Below, in pieces: positions 45,273 through 56,300 of a stretch of 64,000 nt of DNA. The notes under the pieces are model-generated. The model ran no database searches. It was not told the origin of the DNA and was given only the letters and a program-made list of their open reading frames with translations. The translations under genes and the position numbers were made by a program. This DNA is from Emiliania huxleyi CCMP1516 (lineage: Eukaryota). The stretch spans positions 62,001-126,000 of the forward strand of contig NW_005201176.1 in the NCBI RefSeq assembly GCF_000372725.1, given 5' to 3'. Each line of letters opens with the position of its first letter. The stretch's first letter is position 1.

Positions 45273-46667
45273 TCAGCGGTGTGGGCAGTCGCCTGGGGGC
45301 ACTCCCAGTGAATTGGTGAAGGCGTCGCACGTGACTGCGCTCGTGTTGCTGGCCATAATGATCTCAGCTTCTTCGTGCACGACTGATTCATTGTGTGCAG
45401 GTGCTGTCCACGTTGCTGCATAGACCGTGCGGGAGTGTAGAGCGTGAGGGTGGCGCTCAAGGTTGCCAAGCTCCCACAGAGGCGGGACCACACTCAAGCG
45501 ATTAGCGACACCCCAACGAAGCAACGAAGTACAGTCAAACGTCGTAAATGGCATCAGCACTGGAGTCGGGACACTGGCCGACGCCAATTCCTGCTCTTTT
45601 GCCGACACCACATATTCGGCCGTTGCATTTAGAGAGGCCGTCACATGGCCAGCATCAGACTGGCACGCCACAAGCGCCGCCCAGCTCGGCAGGGGGCCTG
45701 CAAGAGGTAGGCTAACTGCCTCATGCTTGTAGGCACGGCTCAACATCTGCTCGAAGATGCGCTCGTACGTCGCCGCAACCTTTACAGGATGCAACCACAG
45801 CACATGAGGGCTCAAGTTTGGGTGAGTAAACTGGTGACCACTCAGCCGGGAGTGCCCACACGATCCGAGAGTAGCATCGAGTGTGCATTTACCCAAGGAT
45901 ACCACGCCCGGATGCGCGAGGATGAGGACATTGGGAAGCCTCATGATGATAGGCCAGTAGTTGTTCATGAAGGATACCGACGGGAGCGCACCCAGCGTGC
46001 CATCGCAAATTCGCTTCGAGCGAGGGCCTTTGGCAGCGAGCAGTGCCCTCGTGGCAGTCCCGGAGAAGAGCACCCAATTCTCATCCGGATGGAAAGCCGC
46101 TGCTCCGTATTGACTTCGAAGTCGCGCGTGTTCCTCTAGCGTTGTGCTTGCGCCCCTCCAGACAGTCGCACCAAACATGAAGAAGGTCTTCTCGATGACC
46201 GGCTCGAGTAGCTTGCTCAGCCGTAGCATGCTGCGCACATTCAGGATGCCATCCGTGTCGAGCTTCAGCAAAAGCTTGGGAGTAAAATGCTCCATGGAGA
46301 AGGCGAGAGCCTCGAGCCACTGTGCACTCTCATCCAAGTTCAGAGCTGTTGCCCCTGGCCCCTTGTGTATCGAGCCCCCTGTGCAGCGTGTTGCATTCAG
46401 AGCCACTACATCGTCGTCGTTGCGGAAATTGCTCAGCTTGATGGCTCGCTCTGTGAAGAAGCGGTGGCGTACCGCACGGCGTTCTTGAATGGGTGTGGCA
46501 CAAGCGCCGCCGGAATGTAACAGGCCGAGCCATGTTCGATGCAGTAGCTCATAGACGGCTCGTGGGAATGTGGGGCCGAGGAAGAGCACGACCAACAGGT
46601 CGGTTTGGCCGCACCCATCACAGTTTGGCGCACCGCGGACCATATTCAAGGGCAGTTCCGCCGACAC
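45273..46667 (-). CDS. GT31 (galactosyltransferase/Fringe)-like glycosyltransferase, possibly 5'-truncated
   Basis: LHRTW...RFF...LLLKLDTDGILNV (DxD motif)...LHPVK. Intronless and visibly less GC-rich than its neighbours. First ATG at 46643. Confidence 0.55.
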   Translation of the reverse strand: MSAELPLNMVRGAPNCDGCGQTDLLVVLFLGPTFPRAVYELLHRTWLGLLHSGGACATPIQERRAVRHRFFTERAIKLSNFRNDDDVVALNATRCTGGSIHKGPGATALNLDESAQWLEALAFSMEHFTPKLLLKLDTDGILNVRSMLRLSKLLEPVIEKTFFMFGATVWRGASTTLEEHARLRSQYGAAAFHPDENWVLFSGTATRALLAAKGPRSKRICDGTLGALPSVSFMNNYWPIIMRLPNVLILAHPGVVSLGKCTLDATLGSCGHSRLSGHQFTHPNLSPHVLWLHPVKVAATYERIFEQMLSRAYKHEAVSLPLAGPLPSWAALVACQSDAGHVTASLNATAEYVVSAKEQELASASVPTPVLMPFTTFDCTSLLRWGVANRLSVVPPLWELGNLERHPHALHSRTVYAATWTAPAHNESVVHEEAEIIMASNTSAVTCDAFTNSLGVPPGDCPHR

Positions 46668-46696
46668 TTCACCTACCTAGGTACCGGAGTTTTTGT

Positions 46697-46892
46697 TTGA
46701 GCACTTGAGCACTGGACCACTGGATAGGGTCGATTCCGCATGGTACGGGACCCCTCGATCGTCTCGCCCTCCCTCACTGGTGTGTTCATTGGGGGGGGTC
46801 ATAACAAACACGGTGCAGGATCGAGGTGCACGCTGCCGAAGCAGTGTCGTCCCCCCTCTCCCCGTCGGCGATGGCGGTGTGACCGATCGAGC
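46697..46892 (-). mobile_element. Longest retroposon copy (~196 bp) with tail
   Basis: Shares its 5' extension with the 51749-51885 copy. Tail CCAGTGGTCCAGTGCTCAAGTGCTCAA. Confidence 0.85.
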
Positions 46893-46944
46893 GTAAGAGA
46901 GCGCTAAGACGGACCGGTCGCCTCGCTCGAGCATCGCCACCGCC

Positions 46945-48950
46945 TCATCGCACGTCAGCTTCAGCCGGCAAGTCCTGTCGCCTCTTCATGATGACGGCGC
47001 CAGAGGCGTCGCGGCCGAGGAAAGCGTCCGAGGCGGGCGACGCCAGCCAGCTGCAGCGGAGCAGCCGCACCGAGCCGTCGCGCAACCGATCCGCAATCGA
47101 GCCGTCGATCTTGGAGTCGGCGGCGGAGAGAATGGCGGAGAGGTCGACGCGAGCGAGCGCACGCCGCATCTGCCGCAGCTGGCGGACCGAGTAGACGGCG
47201 CCGATGATGAGGCTGCCGAGAAGCACTGTCGCCATGAGCGCCTCGACGCTCACTCGCAGGGCGACGGGGTCGGCGGGCAGCGCGGTGTACACCATGGCGA
47301 GGGTGAGGAAGAGAGCGGTGGCGCCGTAGAGGCACGACTTGAGCGCGTTCTGGAAGCGGAAGGCGAAGGGGAGTGCGCGGCGGTGGAGGCGCCAAAAGAC
47401 GAGGGTGACGGCGATCGCGACGGTGGCGATGGCGTAGCGGACGGCGTCGAACGTCTCCTCTGCGGTGTCGAAATTATCTGTGGTCACAAAGACGACGTCG
47501 CTGATGTAGGCGAGGAGGAGGACAAGGAGCTGCCGGAGCCAAATGACGATTTGCCAGCGGGGAGCGTGGCGAGCGAAGCGGCCAACGAGGTAGGCAACTT
47601 GCCGCTCGAGCCGTCGGGGAGGGATGGGGCGGCCGAACGACTGAGACCGCTCGCTCGAGCGGCAAGCAAAGCACGGGTTCGTGGGGCGCCGCCACACCCC
47701 ACTGTTGACGCCGCGTTTGAATGCGAGGACGTTGCCGAAGAAGCGGATCAAGAGGACCAGCAGCAGCGCACCCAGCACCGGCTCCGTAAAGAAAGCCGGA
47801 GGAATACCCGTCACACAGGGCCTCTCGAAGCCGTCAACCTCGCATTCAAAGATCCTCTCGAAGTCGTCAACCGCGTAGGCCACGAACTCTAGCACGAGGC
47901 TCCACCCGAAGGTGAAGAGCAGCGAGTAGATCAGGCTCAGCACGAGCTCGGCGGTGTCGGCGATGTCGAGCCGGCGGCGGCAGAGGGCGACGTGCCTAAC
48001 GAGGATGGGCGCGAGCAGCAACAGGAGAATGGCAGAGGAGGCGGAGACTGCGTACGTATCGAACGGCGAATCCTCTCCCCCGACAAAGCAGCTCGCACTG
48101 GGCAGCATGAGCATATTGAGCTACTTGAGCGCGGAGGCGATCGCAACGAGGGACTGAGGCCACTCGAGGCGCATGCTTGCGATGATGCTGGCCGTCTGGG
48201 CGTGATTGATGAGGATGGCGGCGGTGGAGACCCACCTCTTGAGGGCCGCGGGGTGGCGGACGACAAGGCGGACGAAGGCGACGAGGGCGACGATGCCAAT
48301 GAGGATGCACACGCCGACGAGGACAAGACCGGCAGTCTGGTCGTCGCAGACCACGCACTTGTTGGGGTCGGTGAGAGACAGCTGCATTTCGACAAACGCG
48401 CTGCAGCCGTCAGGAGGGACGCCGAAGCATTCGGCACTTTCTGCGCCGCGGCAGATGTACTCGACGTTGCTGTACGCGAGTTGGTTGTTGCGCAGAAGGT
48501 CAAAGATAGGCCGCGAATTCGCTGGCGGAGCCGAAGAACTCGGTCGCGACCTCGGCAGCATCGCAGGGATGGCGCCCGAGAGGCGGTTGTTGCGCAAGCT
48601 AATTTACCACAGCCCCGAGATGTCGCCCAGTAGGGATGGTGCCCGACCGAGATGGAGTTGCCGTCCAGGTCAAGCCACTCCAGCTGCGAGATGTCGCCCT
48701 AGCCTCCACACGCTCCACGCTGGGTAGGACAGAATCACCCTGTGGTGCCTTTGTAGGTGCCGTCGCACAGAGACGTGCCGTACACGTGAGTAGGGCATCC
48801 GGAGGAGCAGTACCAGCTGTTGTTGCAAATCGTGCCCGCGGCCTCGCAGCGATTCGCCAGCAGGAGGAGCGCGAGCGGGACGAGGCGCGGCGCCGAGGAG
48901 GAGCAAACCGCCGCCAGCAGCTTAAGAGCGAGGGAGCTTGCCAGCGTCAT
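46945..48950 (-). pseudogene. Disrupted receptor-like gene: signal peptide, LRR remnants, multi-TM region, start of a HET-like domain
   Basis: ATG 48950 with a hydrophobic leader; LRNNRLSGAIP and LRNNQL; in-frame TAG at 48121; several TM helices. Ends VRLLRCSWL...RRQDLPAEA, matching VKLISLNWL...RRQDLPEEAF of the 9687 gene. Confidence 0.7.
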
Positions 48951-50645
48951 GGCGGGTAGAACAGGTGCTTTGCGGGAGGATGCAGGGCGCGATGAAACGG
49001 CTCCCCAGTCACCCGGAGGCTCGGCGAGGCGGCCACGCCCTCCTGGAACGAAAATCCCAATCTCGCAGTCTAGACTGCTCATGAACTCCCACTCGATACC
49101 TCCCAAGTCTCAGCCACAAGGACTATTTGCGCTATTGGGTGGAGACTCTCAAGCTCGCGGTGCAATTCGCTTCCCACTACGAGGCGAAGCCGAGTGCGCC
49201 GCGAAGAGGGTCTCTGCCGGCACCCCTTGGGTCCCCTCTAGTCGCGAAGCGGCTGTGCCGAGGGGCCCTCGCGCGTAACTGTGTCGCCCTTCGGACTGTA
49301 CCTGCCCTGTCTTATTGATTCGGTTTGGTTCGGTTCGGTTCGGTTCGGTTCGGTTCAGATCGGTCCTCTCCAATTATTAGTTCCATTTATTGGTTAGCAT
49401 TGATCCGGTAAGTCTCGATTCATTGCTGGTTAGTCGTCTGTTGAGTAAGTTCCGGTTAACTCGATCTACGAGATCCACGAGCGGTACCACCTCGACTCGG
49501 CCGGAGCCACGAACGGCATCGCGGCGCTCGACTTTGGCCATTGCGTGTTGGGCTTCGCGATCACGCGCGAGACGCAGTAGGGGAGTTGCAGTGGCTTCGC
49601 GCCCTCACGCTCACGGCCGACGGCGCTGTCTTTGAGTTGCGCGGACCGTGCTGCTGCACGCGGTGGCGAGCGAGGGAGAAGAGTAGAGCGCGAGGACTCA
49701 TGACGGGACGGACACTACCGCGCGGCTCCGTCGAGCTCGTCCCTTGGCAAGCTCGAGTTGCTGGCGCTGCAATGTTGGTGCTGGCTGCGTCGCATCCCCC
49801 TCGACAGCGTTGGCGCCGGGACGTGTGCCGGTGTGCATTCCATCGTCCCTGAAAAAGAAAAATCCGAACCACGCCACCACACGCGAAAAGAAAAAGATCC
49901 GATCCGGCCTCAAGCCGAGCATCCTGGAGGACTTCTTGGAGAGTGCAGCGATCGAAGGTTTTTCTTCTTCCTGGCGGCATGAGCGGCGCCATCCTGATAA
50001 ACTGAAAGTGAATGATACGCCGTCGCACGTCCACGGACCACGCCGAACCACGCCTGCGGCTCTCTCTCACAACACACGACTTCTAGGCACGGGACCATTG
50101 GCGCGCACCCCTTTTCGGCACTACCGAAACAACTGTAGAAAGAAGAAAGAATAAAAATCTCTCTCAACTGTATTGCAAAGACGGCGAAACATCGAAACTG
50201 CCCCGAAACAACTGTATTGCGAAAGACGGCGAAACCGCGAAACTGCTCACGGCCTGGCGAGGTACTCCCACGCCTCTCGGGGTTTTTGTCTGGCCGAGTC
50301 AACCCCGAGCCTTTCGTGGTCTCGCCGAGTGCTGGGGCGAGCCTCGGCGAGACTGCGTCAGCTGTTCCCACAGCAGGCTGGAAGTACCTCGCCAGCTCAC
50401 GGCTAGTGCCGTTCTCCCATCCCTCCCTTGGGTTGTCTGTTTTCTTTCTTTCTTTTAGGCTCCTTGGGTTGTGTGTTTTCTTTCTTTCTTTTAGCCGACA
50501 GGCTCGACACAGGTGCGAACTGATAAAAAAGAAGACTAGCCAGGCGGTACCGTACACGGAACTAACCCTCGGAGACCCGTGTTACTTTACGGCCCTTTCC
50601 CTGCGAACGCGCACCCCCGGGGCTAGGGCTCTCTAGCCCGTAACC

Positions 50646-51484
50646 ACTGGTTGGGTAGTAGTCTAAGTTCTGAGCCTCGCGGCTTAACGGGTCTAAGTGT
50701 GGCTAGCCACGCTGGAGTGCTTACGCGGTCTAAGATCAGCGGGAGCCTCTTACACCGGCTAAGTCGGCCATGGCACGCGATATACGGCGCTAGCGCCCAA
50801 ATTTTCTTCGCCTGCGGCGGGCGATCGATCCTCCTCATGCTCAGCAATCGCCGCCTCAGCATTCTCCTCTTCTGATTCTCGTTGCTGCTTCTTGAGCGCA
50901 CTTCGGCGACATCTAGCCAAATAGTTCTCACAAATAGCCTCAAGCTCAAACAAACGCATGTCAGAGAAGCCTGTGTATGCTGGTCCTCTTTGAACGATCC
51001 GCGCGTGAGGTAGCATAGGGCCTTGTTGGCAGCAGCCAGCTTGTTGCGCTGCTTCGTTGCGATGAGCTGATTGGGATCGCAGAAGTGCATGCCAAGCACC
51101 GCCACGATCTTGAAGCAGAACACATCGCAACCGCATCGTCCGCACTGCCATCGGCATGCGGCGCCCGCCGCTTCGCCGCAGCCGCCTTAAGGCACGCATA
51201 GCGTTGCGCGCCGCAAGTAGCGCACTGGCCCTGGGAGAAAGCGATATGGCGTCGTGCACGGCATAAGTTGGTCGGGACGCGTCCAGGTATTTTTCGGGTA
51301 AACCTGGACTTTTGCAGGTATACCCGGGTGTTACCCGGAGTTGGCCTCGTGTCGTCTAGTTCATGGCCCCCGGCCTTCCAGCGTCTAACGTCTGAGCCCG
51401 GCTCCGTGCGGGGGCTAAGTTGAGCGCTCGCTCGCTGCAGAGGCTAAGTGTAGAGCGACCCTCTAGCCCTACTACCCAACCATT
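50646..51484. mobile_element. Non-autonomous DNA transposon, 839 bp, 16-bp TIRs (1 mismatch), 8-bp TSD, copy 1
   Basis: ACTGGTTGGGTAGTAG ... CTACTACCCAACCATT. CCGTAACC at 50638-50645 and 51485-51492. Confidence 0.92.
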
Positions 51485-51748
51485 CCGTAACCCGACACCG
51501 ATCATCCGGCTCGCTGGGTGCGCTTCTCAGCTCCCCGGATGTGAGGTTAATGACTGCACTCCAAGTGCTCCAAGTGCGGAAGCCGTCAACAAACCCTTGA
51601 GACAGCATGTCTCTGCTCGTCTTCCTGCTCCTCGCTCGGCCGGGCGGTGGCACGGGTGGTGCGGAGGCGTCGCCGCCGCGCTTGCGCGCGCGCGGGGCGG
51701 CGCCGGAGCCCACCTGCTGGCACCGCCACGGCGCGACGCCCGGGGCGG

Positions 51749-51885
51749 CGATCGTCTCGCCCTCCCTCACTGATGTGTTCATTGGGGGGGGTCATAACAA
51801 ACACGGTACAGGATCGAGGTGCACGCTTCCAGAGCAGTGTCGTCCCCCCTCTCCCCGACGGCGATGGCGGTGTGACCGATCGAGC
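51749..51885 (-). mobile_element. Retroposon fragment lacking the tail
   Basis: Matches 46756-46892. Confidence 0.8.
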
Positions 51886-52337
51886 TACAAGACTCCCCTG
51901 CAGTTACGAGTTAGTGACTCGTTTGCTTTCCTCTGGTGAGAGAGAGTGTGGAGTGTACACAACGAGCGAGCGGGCAGAGTCGCAAACCAATGTCTGCGCA
52001 CCCGCGTGCCGAGGGCGGCACACGCAACCGAGAGAGGCCCTGTCACGCCGCCAGTAGCGTTCCGCACTCCCCACGCCACCACCGGGTGTGTTCGATCGTA
52101 AAAAATCGGCCATTTGGTCCCCAGGGGCCGCCCCTGGCCGCCGCCCGCGCGCACATAAAAATACTCCGCCGCCCCGAACGCCCCCAGAAAACAACATACT
52201 AGCCCCACAAGCGTCACGAGTTTACGAGAATTTCATCATGAGGCCCACCCAAGCAAAAGTAAAATACACCTGATTCCAGCGATTAATCCTACCTGGCGAG
52301 CGATCACCGAGCGAGATATTCGCGTATGTTATCGTCG

Positions 52338-53030
52338 TCACATCACCCTGGTTTTGACCGGCCAGTTGAGGGCCGCAGGGGCGGAGCTCGCCTCGCCGAC
52401 CGCCTCCTCCCGGCCAACATACCCGCCGAGTGCCGCGTACGTGGCGCCGGCGTCGCCGCTGGCCATCCCGGCTGCCGCCGGGCTCTCGTCGCCAGCCCTC
52501 GTGCTGCGCCGCTCCCTTGGCTGTGTCGGAGCGGGCTCGCAGGTCAGCAGCGCGTCCCCAGCCTCGTCGCCGTCCCCCTCGACGTCGCTCCCCTTGTCGC
52601 TGGTGGCGACCGCGCTGCCGCTGTCGGTCGCGCTGGCCGGCAGCGCGTCCGCAGCCTCGTCGCTGCCCTCGCCGTCGCTGTCCTCGCCGCTGGTGGGGGC
52701 CGCGCCGCCGGCGCCGAGCGTCACCCGCCTCCACGTCTCTTCCTCTAAGTTGATTCGGAAATCCTGGTCGGGGTAGCCGTCGTACTCGACCGCGTGCACG
52801 AGCCGGCCGTCCGAACCCTCCTCCCGCCCCGTGATGGTGCCCGGCCACCACCTCTGCTCGCCCAGGATCTCCACGTGCGTGCCAGTCTCGACTACAGCGT
52901 GCCCGGCGATCCTCGCCGCCGCGTCCACGCGCAGCCGTTTCCGCCGCGCCGTCTTAGACTCCGCGGCCTGCGGCAGGACGTAGTTCGGGCCGTACTCCGC
53001 GACGTTCGCGAGGGCCTCGGCCGCGCTCAC
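52338..53030 (-). CDS. Tudor-like domain fragment with an acidic tail
   Basis: GTHVEILGEQRWWPGTITG...HAVEYDGYPD..RINLEEETWR. No ATG start; upstream part unresolved. Confidence 0.5.
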   Translation of the reverse strand: MSAAEALANVAEYGPNYVLPQAAESKTARRKRLRVDAAARIAGHAVVETGTHVEILGEQRWWPGTITGREEGSDGRLVHAVEYDGYPDQDFRINLEEETWRRVTLGAGGAAPTSGEDSDGEGSDEAADALPASATDSGSAVATSDKGSDVEGDGDEAGDALLTCEPAPTQPRERRSTRAGDESPAAAGMASGDAGATYAALGGYVGREEAVGEASSAPAALNWPVKTRVM

Positions 53031-53364
53031 CGTCTCGACCGCGGCCTCGACCGGTGGAGGGGGGGCTCGACCCGTCGTTCGACCCGTCGTTCCGTGACCT
53101 CCCGCGCCAGCCGCTCGCCAGCGAGGGGCTCCTGATGCGCCGCCCGTCGGTCGACGCCCTCGCCCCTGCGCTCAGCCAACGACGCCGTCGCTGTCCTCGC
53201 TAACCAACGTGACCGTGATTCGAGGCGCCCATCCTCCATTGATGCCGTCCAACACCAAAGTCGTTCCCCCTCCAACACCAAAGTCGTCCCTCCCCCGTCC
53301 CCCTCGGACACGTCCCTCCCCTGTCCTCTCGACTGCTTCCCTCTTTTACATACATAATATGGTT

Positions 53365-53505
53365 ACTTGAGCACTTGAGCACTGGATAGGGCCGATTCCG
53401 CGTGGTACGGGACCCCTCGATCGTCTCGCCCTCCCTCGCTGGTGTGCTCATTGGGGGGGGTCATAACAAACACGGTGCAGGATTGAGGTGCACGCTGCCG
53501 AAGCA
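53365..53505 (-). mobile_element. Retroposon 3' end with tail
   Basis: Matches the family consensus. Confidence 0.85.
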
Positions 53506-53789
53506 TCGCCACGAAGCCAGTCTCGTAGCTTGCCCATGGAACAGAAACCAGAGGGCTGCAGGCCCACAAGCGGAGGAGCCAGCCGGGTCCTCGTGTCAGG
53601 AAGGCACGCGGGCGAAGGTCGGAGTTTCCGAGGAGCCGCGGGCCTCCACGCCTAGGCTAGGCATTCTCGCGGCTGGTTCACTCCCTAGCCACGTAAACGC
53701 ACAACCCTGGGCCCCGAGACTGCTCACACGCCTGGGTGCACTGCCAAACACTGCCCCCGGCACCAAGCCTGCGCTCACGCAAGTTGTGA

Positions 53790-55114
53790 ATGCTCTCCGC
53801 CGCTACGCAGTCGCTGTCAAGGACGGCGCGACGATGCAAGACGTGTGTGAGGTCCGCGCTGCCGGCCCTCCCGCGGTCAGCTGCGCTGCGCGCCCGTTCC
53901 CTCTGCACCAGCAGTGCGTGGCCGAGCTTTCTCGCCCCGCCGACCGCGACTGATGCGATCGACATCCTCTACGCCGAGTCGGAGGACATCCTGCTCAACC
54001 TCGCGACCGAGGAGTACCTCTTTGAGCACGTCGACATCCGCAACCCGCTGCTGCTGCTCTGGCGCAACAGGCCGTGCATCATCATAGGCAAGCACCAGAA
54101 TCCGTGGAAGGAGTGCCGCGTCCAGCTGCTGGAACAGGACGGTGTCACGCTCGCGAGACGCCCGACGGGCGGTGGCTGCGTCTACCGCGACCTCGGAGCC
54201 ACGCCTCGACCCACCCAACCTCCCCACATTGGCACGCAGCACCACTTGGCGGCGCCCGCAGGCGACTCGGGCTTCTCCTTCATCAACCCGCACGCCTCCG
54301 TCGAGGACCAGCGCGACTACAAGACGATGAACAACGGCGTGCTGCTCGAGGCGCTGGCGCGCTTCGGCCTCGGAGCAGAGATGAGCGGCCGCAACGACCT
54401 CACTGTCGATGGGCGCAAGGTCTCTGGCTCGGCGTACAAGCTGCGCCTTGGCAGCGCCGGCGGAGCGGGCAGGCGAGCCGACGCCGAGACTCAGCCTCCG
54501 CCTCAATCCGAGCCCAAGACCCCGCCTCTGCATCGTCATGCCAGCCGCCACCGCGTGCACCGCTAGTGTGTAGAAGCTACCTGCACCGCCTCGTGCAGGC
54601 GCTCGCTGCACCACGGCGCTCCTCGCGTTGCGCGCCTCCTCCGCAGCTCGGGCTGCAATCGCGCAACGCGTCCCGGCATGCGCGCCGTAGGCACGATGCT
54701 GCTCGACGTTGACCTCGCGGCGCTCGGGCGGTGATCGCCGGCCGCGGCACGCAGCTCGAGGCGTGTGAGAGGAGTGCGGACGCGCGGCGGCGGCACCTTA
54801 GGTACCTCACCGTCAACAAGTTGAAGATGCAGTCCAAGGGCGTGGCGTCGGTCGCGGCGCGCGTCCTCAACTTGCGAGAGCGCGTGCCGTCGATCTCACA
54901 CGATGCCTTCTGCGACGCGGCGGCGGCCGCCTTCGAAGCCAAGTGGGAGAGCCGCTCCGCCAGCCGGCGCCGCGTCACTCCGCAGCGGCCCGCGCCTCGG
55001 CGTGTCAGGTCCCAGTCCGGTGTGTGATTGGACATCGCTGTAGGCGGACGCTCTCCGTGAGCGAGCTGGATCGGATCCCGCAGCTGATGCAGATCTACGA
55101 GCGGTGACTCGAGC
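53790..55114 (+). CDS. lplA: Lipoate-protein ligase A, multi-exon, 3' end lost in the gap
   Basis: NLATEEYLF, LWRNRPCIIIGKHQNPWKE, RRPTGGGCVY.DLG, SGRNDL.VDGRKVSGSAY, LHHGTMLLDVD, YLTVNKLKMQSKGVASV. Transit-peptide-like N-terminus. Confidence 0.92.
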
Positions 55115-56300
55115 GCCCCCTTGCGCCCTCGTCGAGAGTGCAGCAATACCCGCTCGCCGGCCAAACTCAATCGCTCGCAAGCAATACCCGCACCGTGCGT
55201 GACTCCCCCCCCCCCCCANNNNNNNNNNNNNNNNNNNNNNNNNNNNNNNNNNNNNNNNNNNNNNNNNNNNNNNNNNNNNNNNNNNNNNNNNNNNNNNNNN
55301 NNNNNNNNNNNNNNNNNNNNNNNNNNNNNNNNNNNNNNNNNNNNNNNNNNNNNNNNNNNNNNNNNNNNNNNNNNNNNNNNNCCCCCCCCCCCCCCCGGGG
55401 GGGGGCCCCCCCCCCCCCCTTAATCCCTTTGGGGGGTAGACAGGCCCCCCAAAATTCCCCCAGAGAGCAGATTTTGGGTTTTCGCCCAAACCGCGTTCAT
55501 TTGCCGGTTGTGCCCAAAGAAAAAGCTTTTTGTTGTTGCGTGTGGGGGGGGTCCGGAACCCCCCCCCAGCAGGAGCCTTCTCCCTGGGGGGGGTGTTTTG
55601 CTGCGGGCATTTTTGTACAAACAGCAGCTTTAAGTACCATGTTTTCCAGGGGGGAGAATTTTTGGTGGCCCCCAAAATCAGGGGTTTCACCGGGGGGGGC
55701 CCTGCCTCTTATTGCCAACGGGGTTGGAAGGCGGGGTGAACACAACCCCCTGGAGGGTACGTTAAAACCCAACCCAAGGGTGGAGGGGGGGCGCCGCCAA
55801 AAAGGCGGAAAAACGGGGTCCGTGCCTTTTGCTGTGGGGGGGGTGGGGACCCCCCCCCCAGCAGCAGCGTTTTGGCTTTTGTTGTTGGGGGGGTGTCCCC
55901 CCCCCCCCCCCCAGCAGCAGCACTCTGCTGCTGGGGGGGTCAGACCCCCCCCCTAGCAGCAGGGATGGCTTTAGATGTGCAGGGGGGGTACCGAGCAATG
56001 TGCGGCCGCTCCGATGGTTTGCCCGAAAAGGTACATGGCGGCGTTTGGCGACAAAACAGCGCTGTGACCGCGAAGTGGCGGTGGACATGCTCCCATGTTG
56101 CCGTTACCTTACCTTACCTCACCCGATGCTGCTTCCCCGCGCCGCCTCCTTCTCGGCCCCCTTGGGCGTATTTTCTACTCCCACTGGGGTCCCGGGCCCC
56201 CGCCCCCCGGGCCCCCTCTTGTTTTCTGTTTTTCAAAACGCCCGCCCGCCCGCCACCCCGAGGCGGCCCCCCACAGGAGACCCAGAGATCAAAAACGCTC

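Noticed and set aside
49185..49645. Weak inverted similarity around a (GGTTC)n microsatellite and a tiny RCC1-like remnant
   Set aside because: Matches are short and imperfect, with no TSD.
55382..55990. ORFs and homopolymer runs after the gap
   Set aside because: Looks like low-quality read-end sequence with inflated G/C runs; not interpretable.
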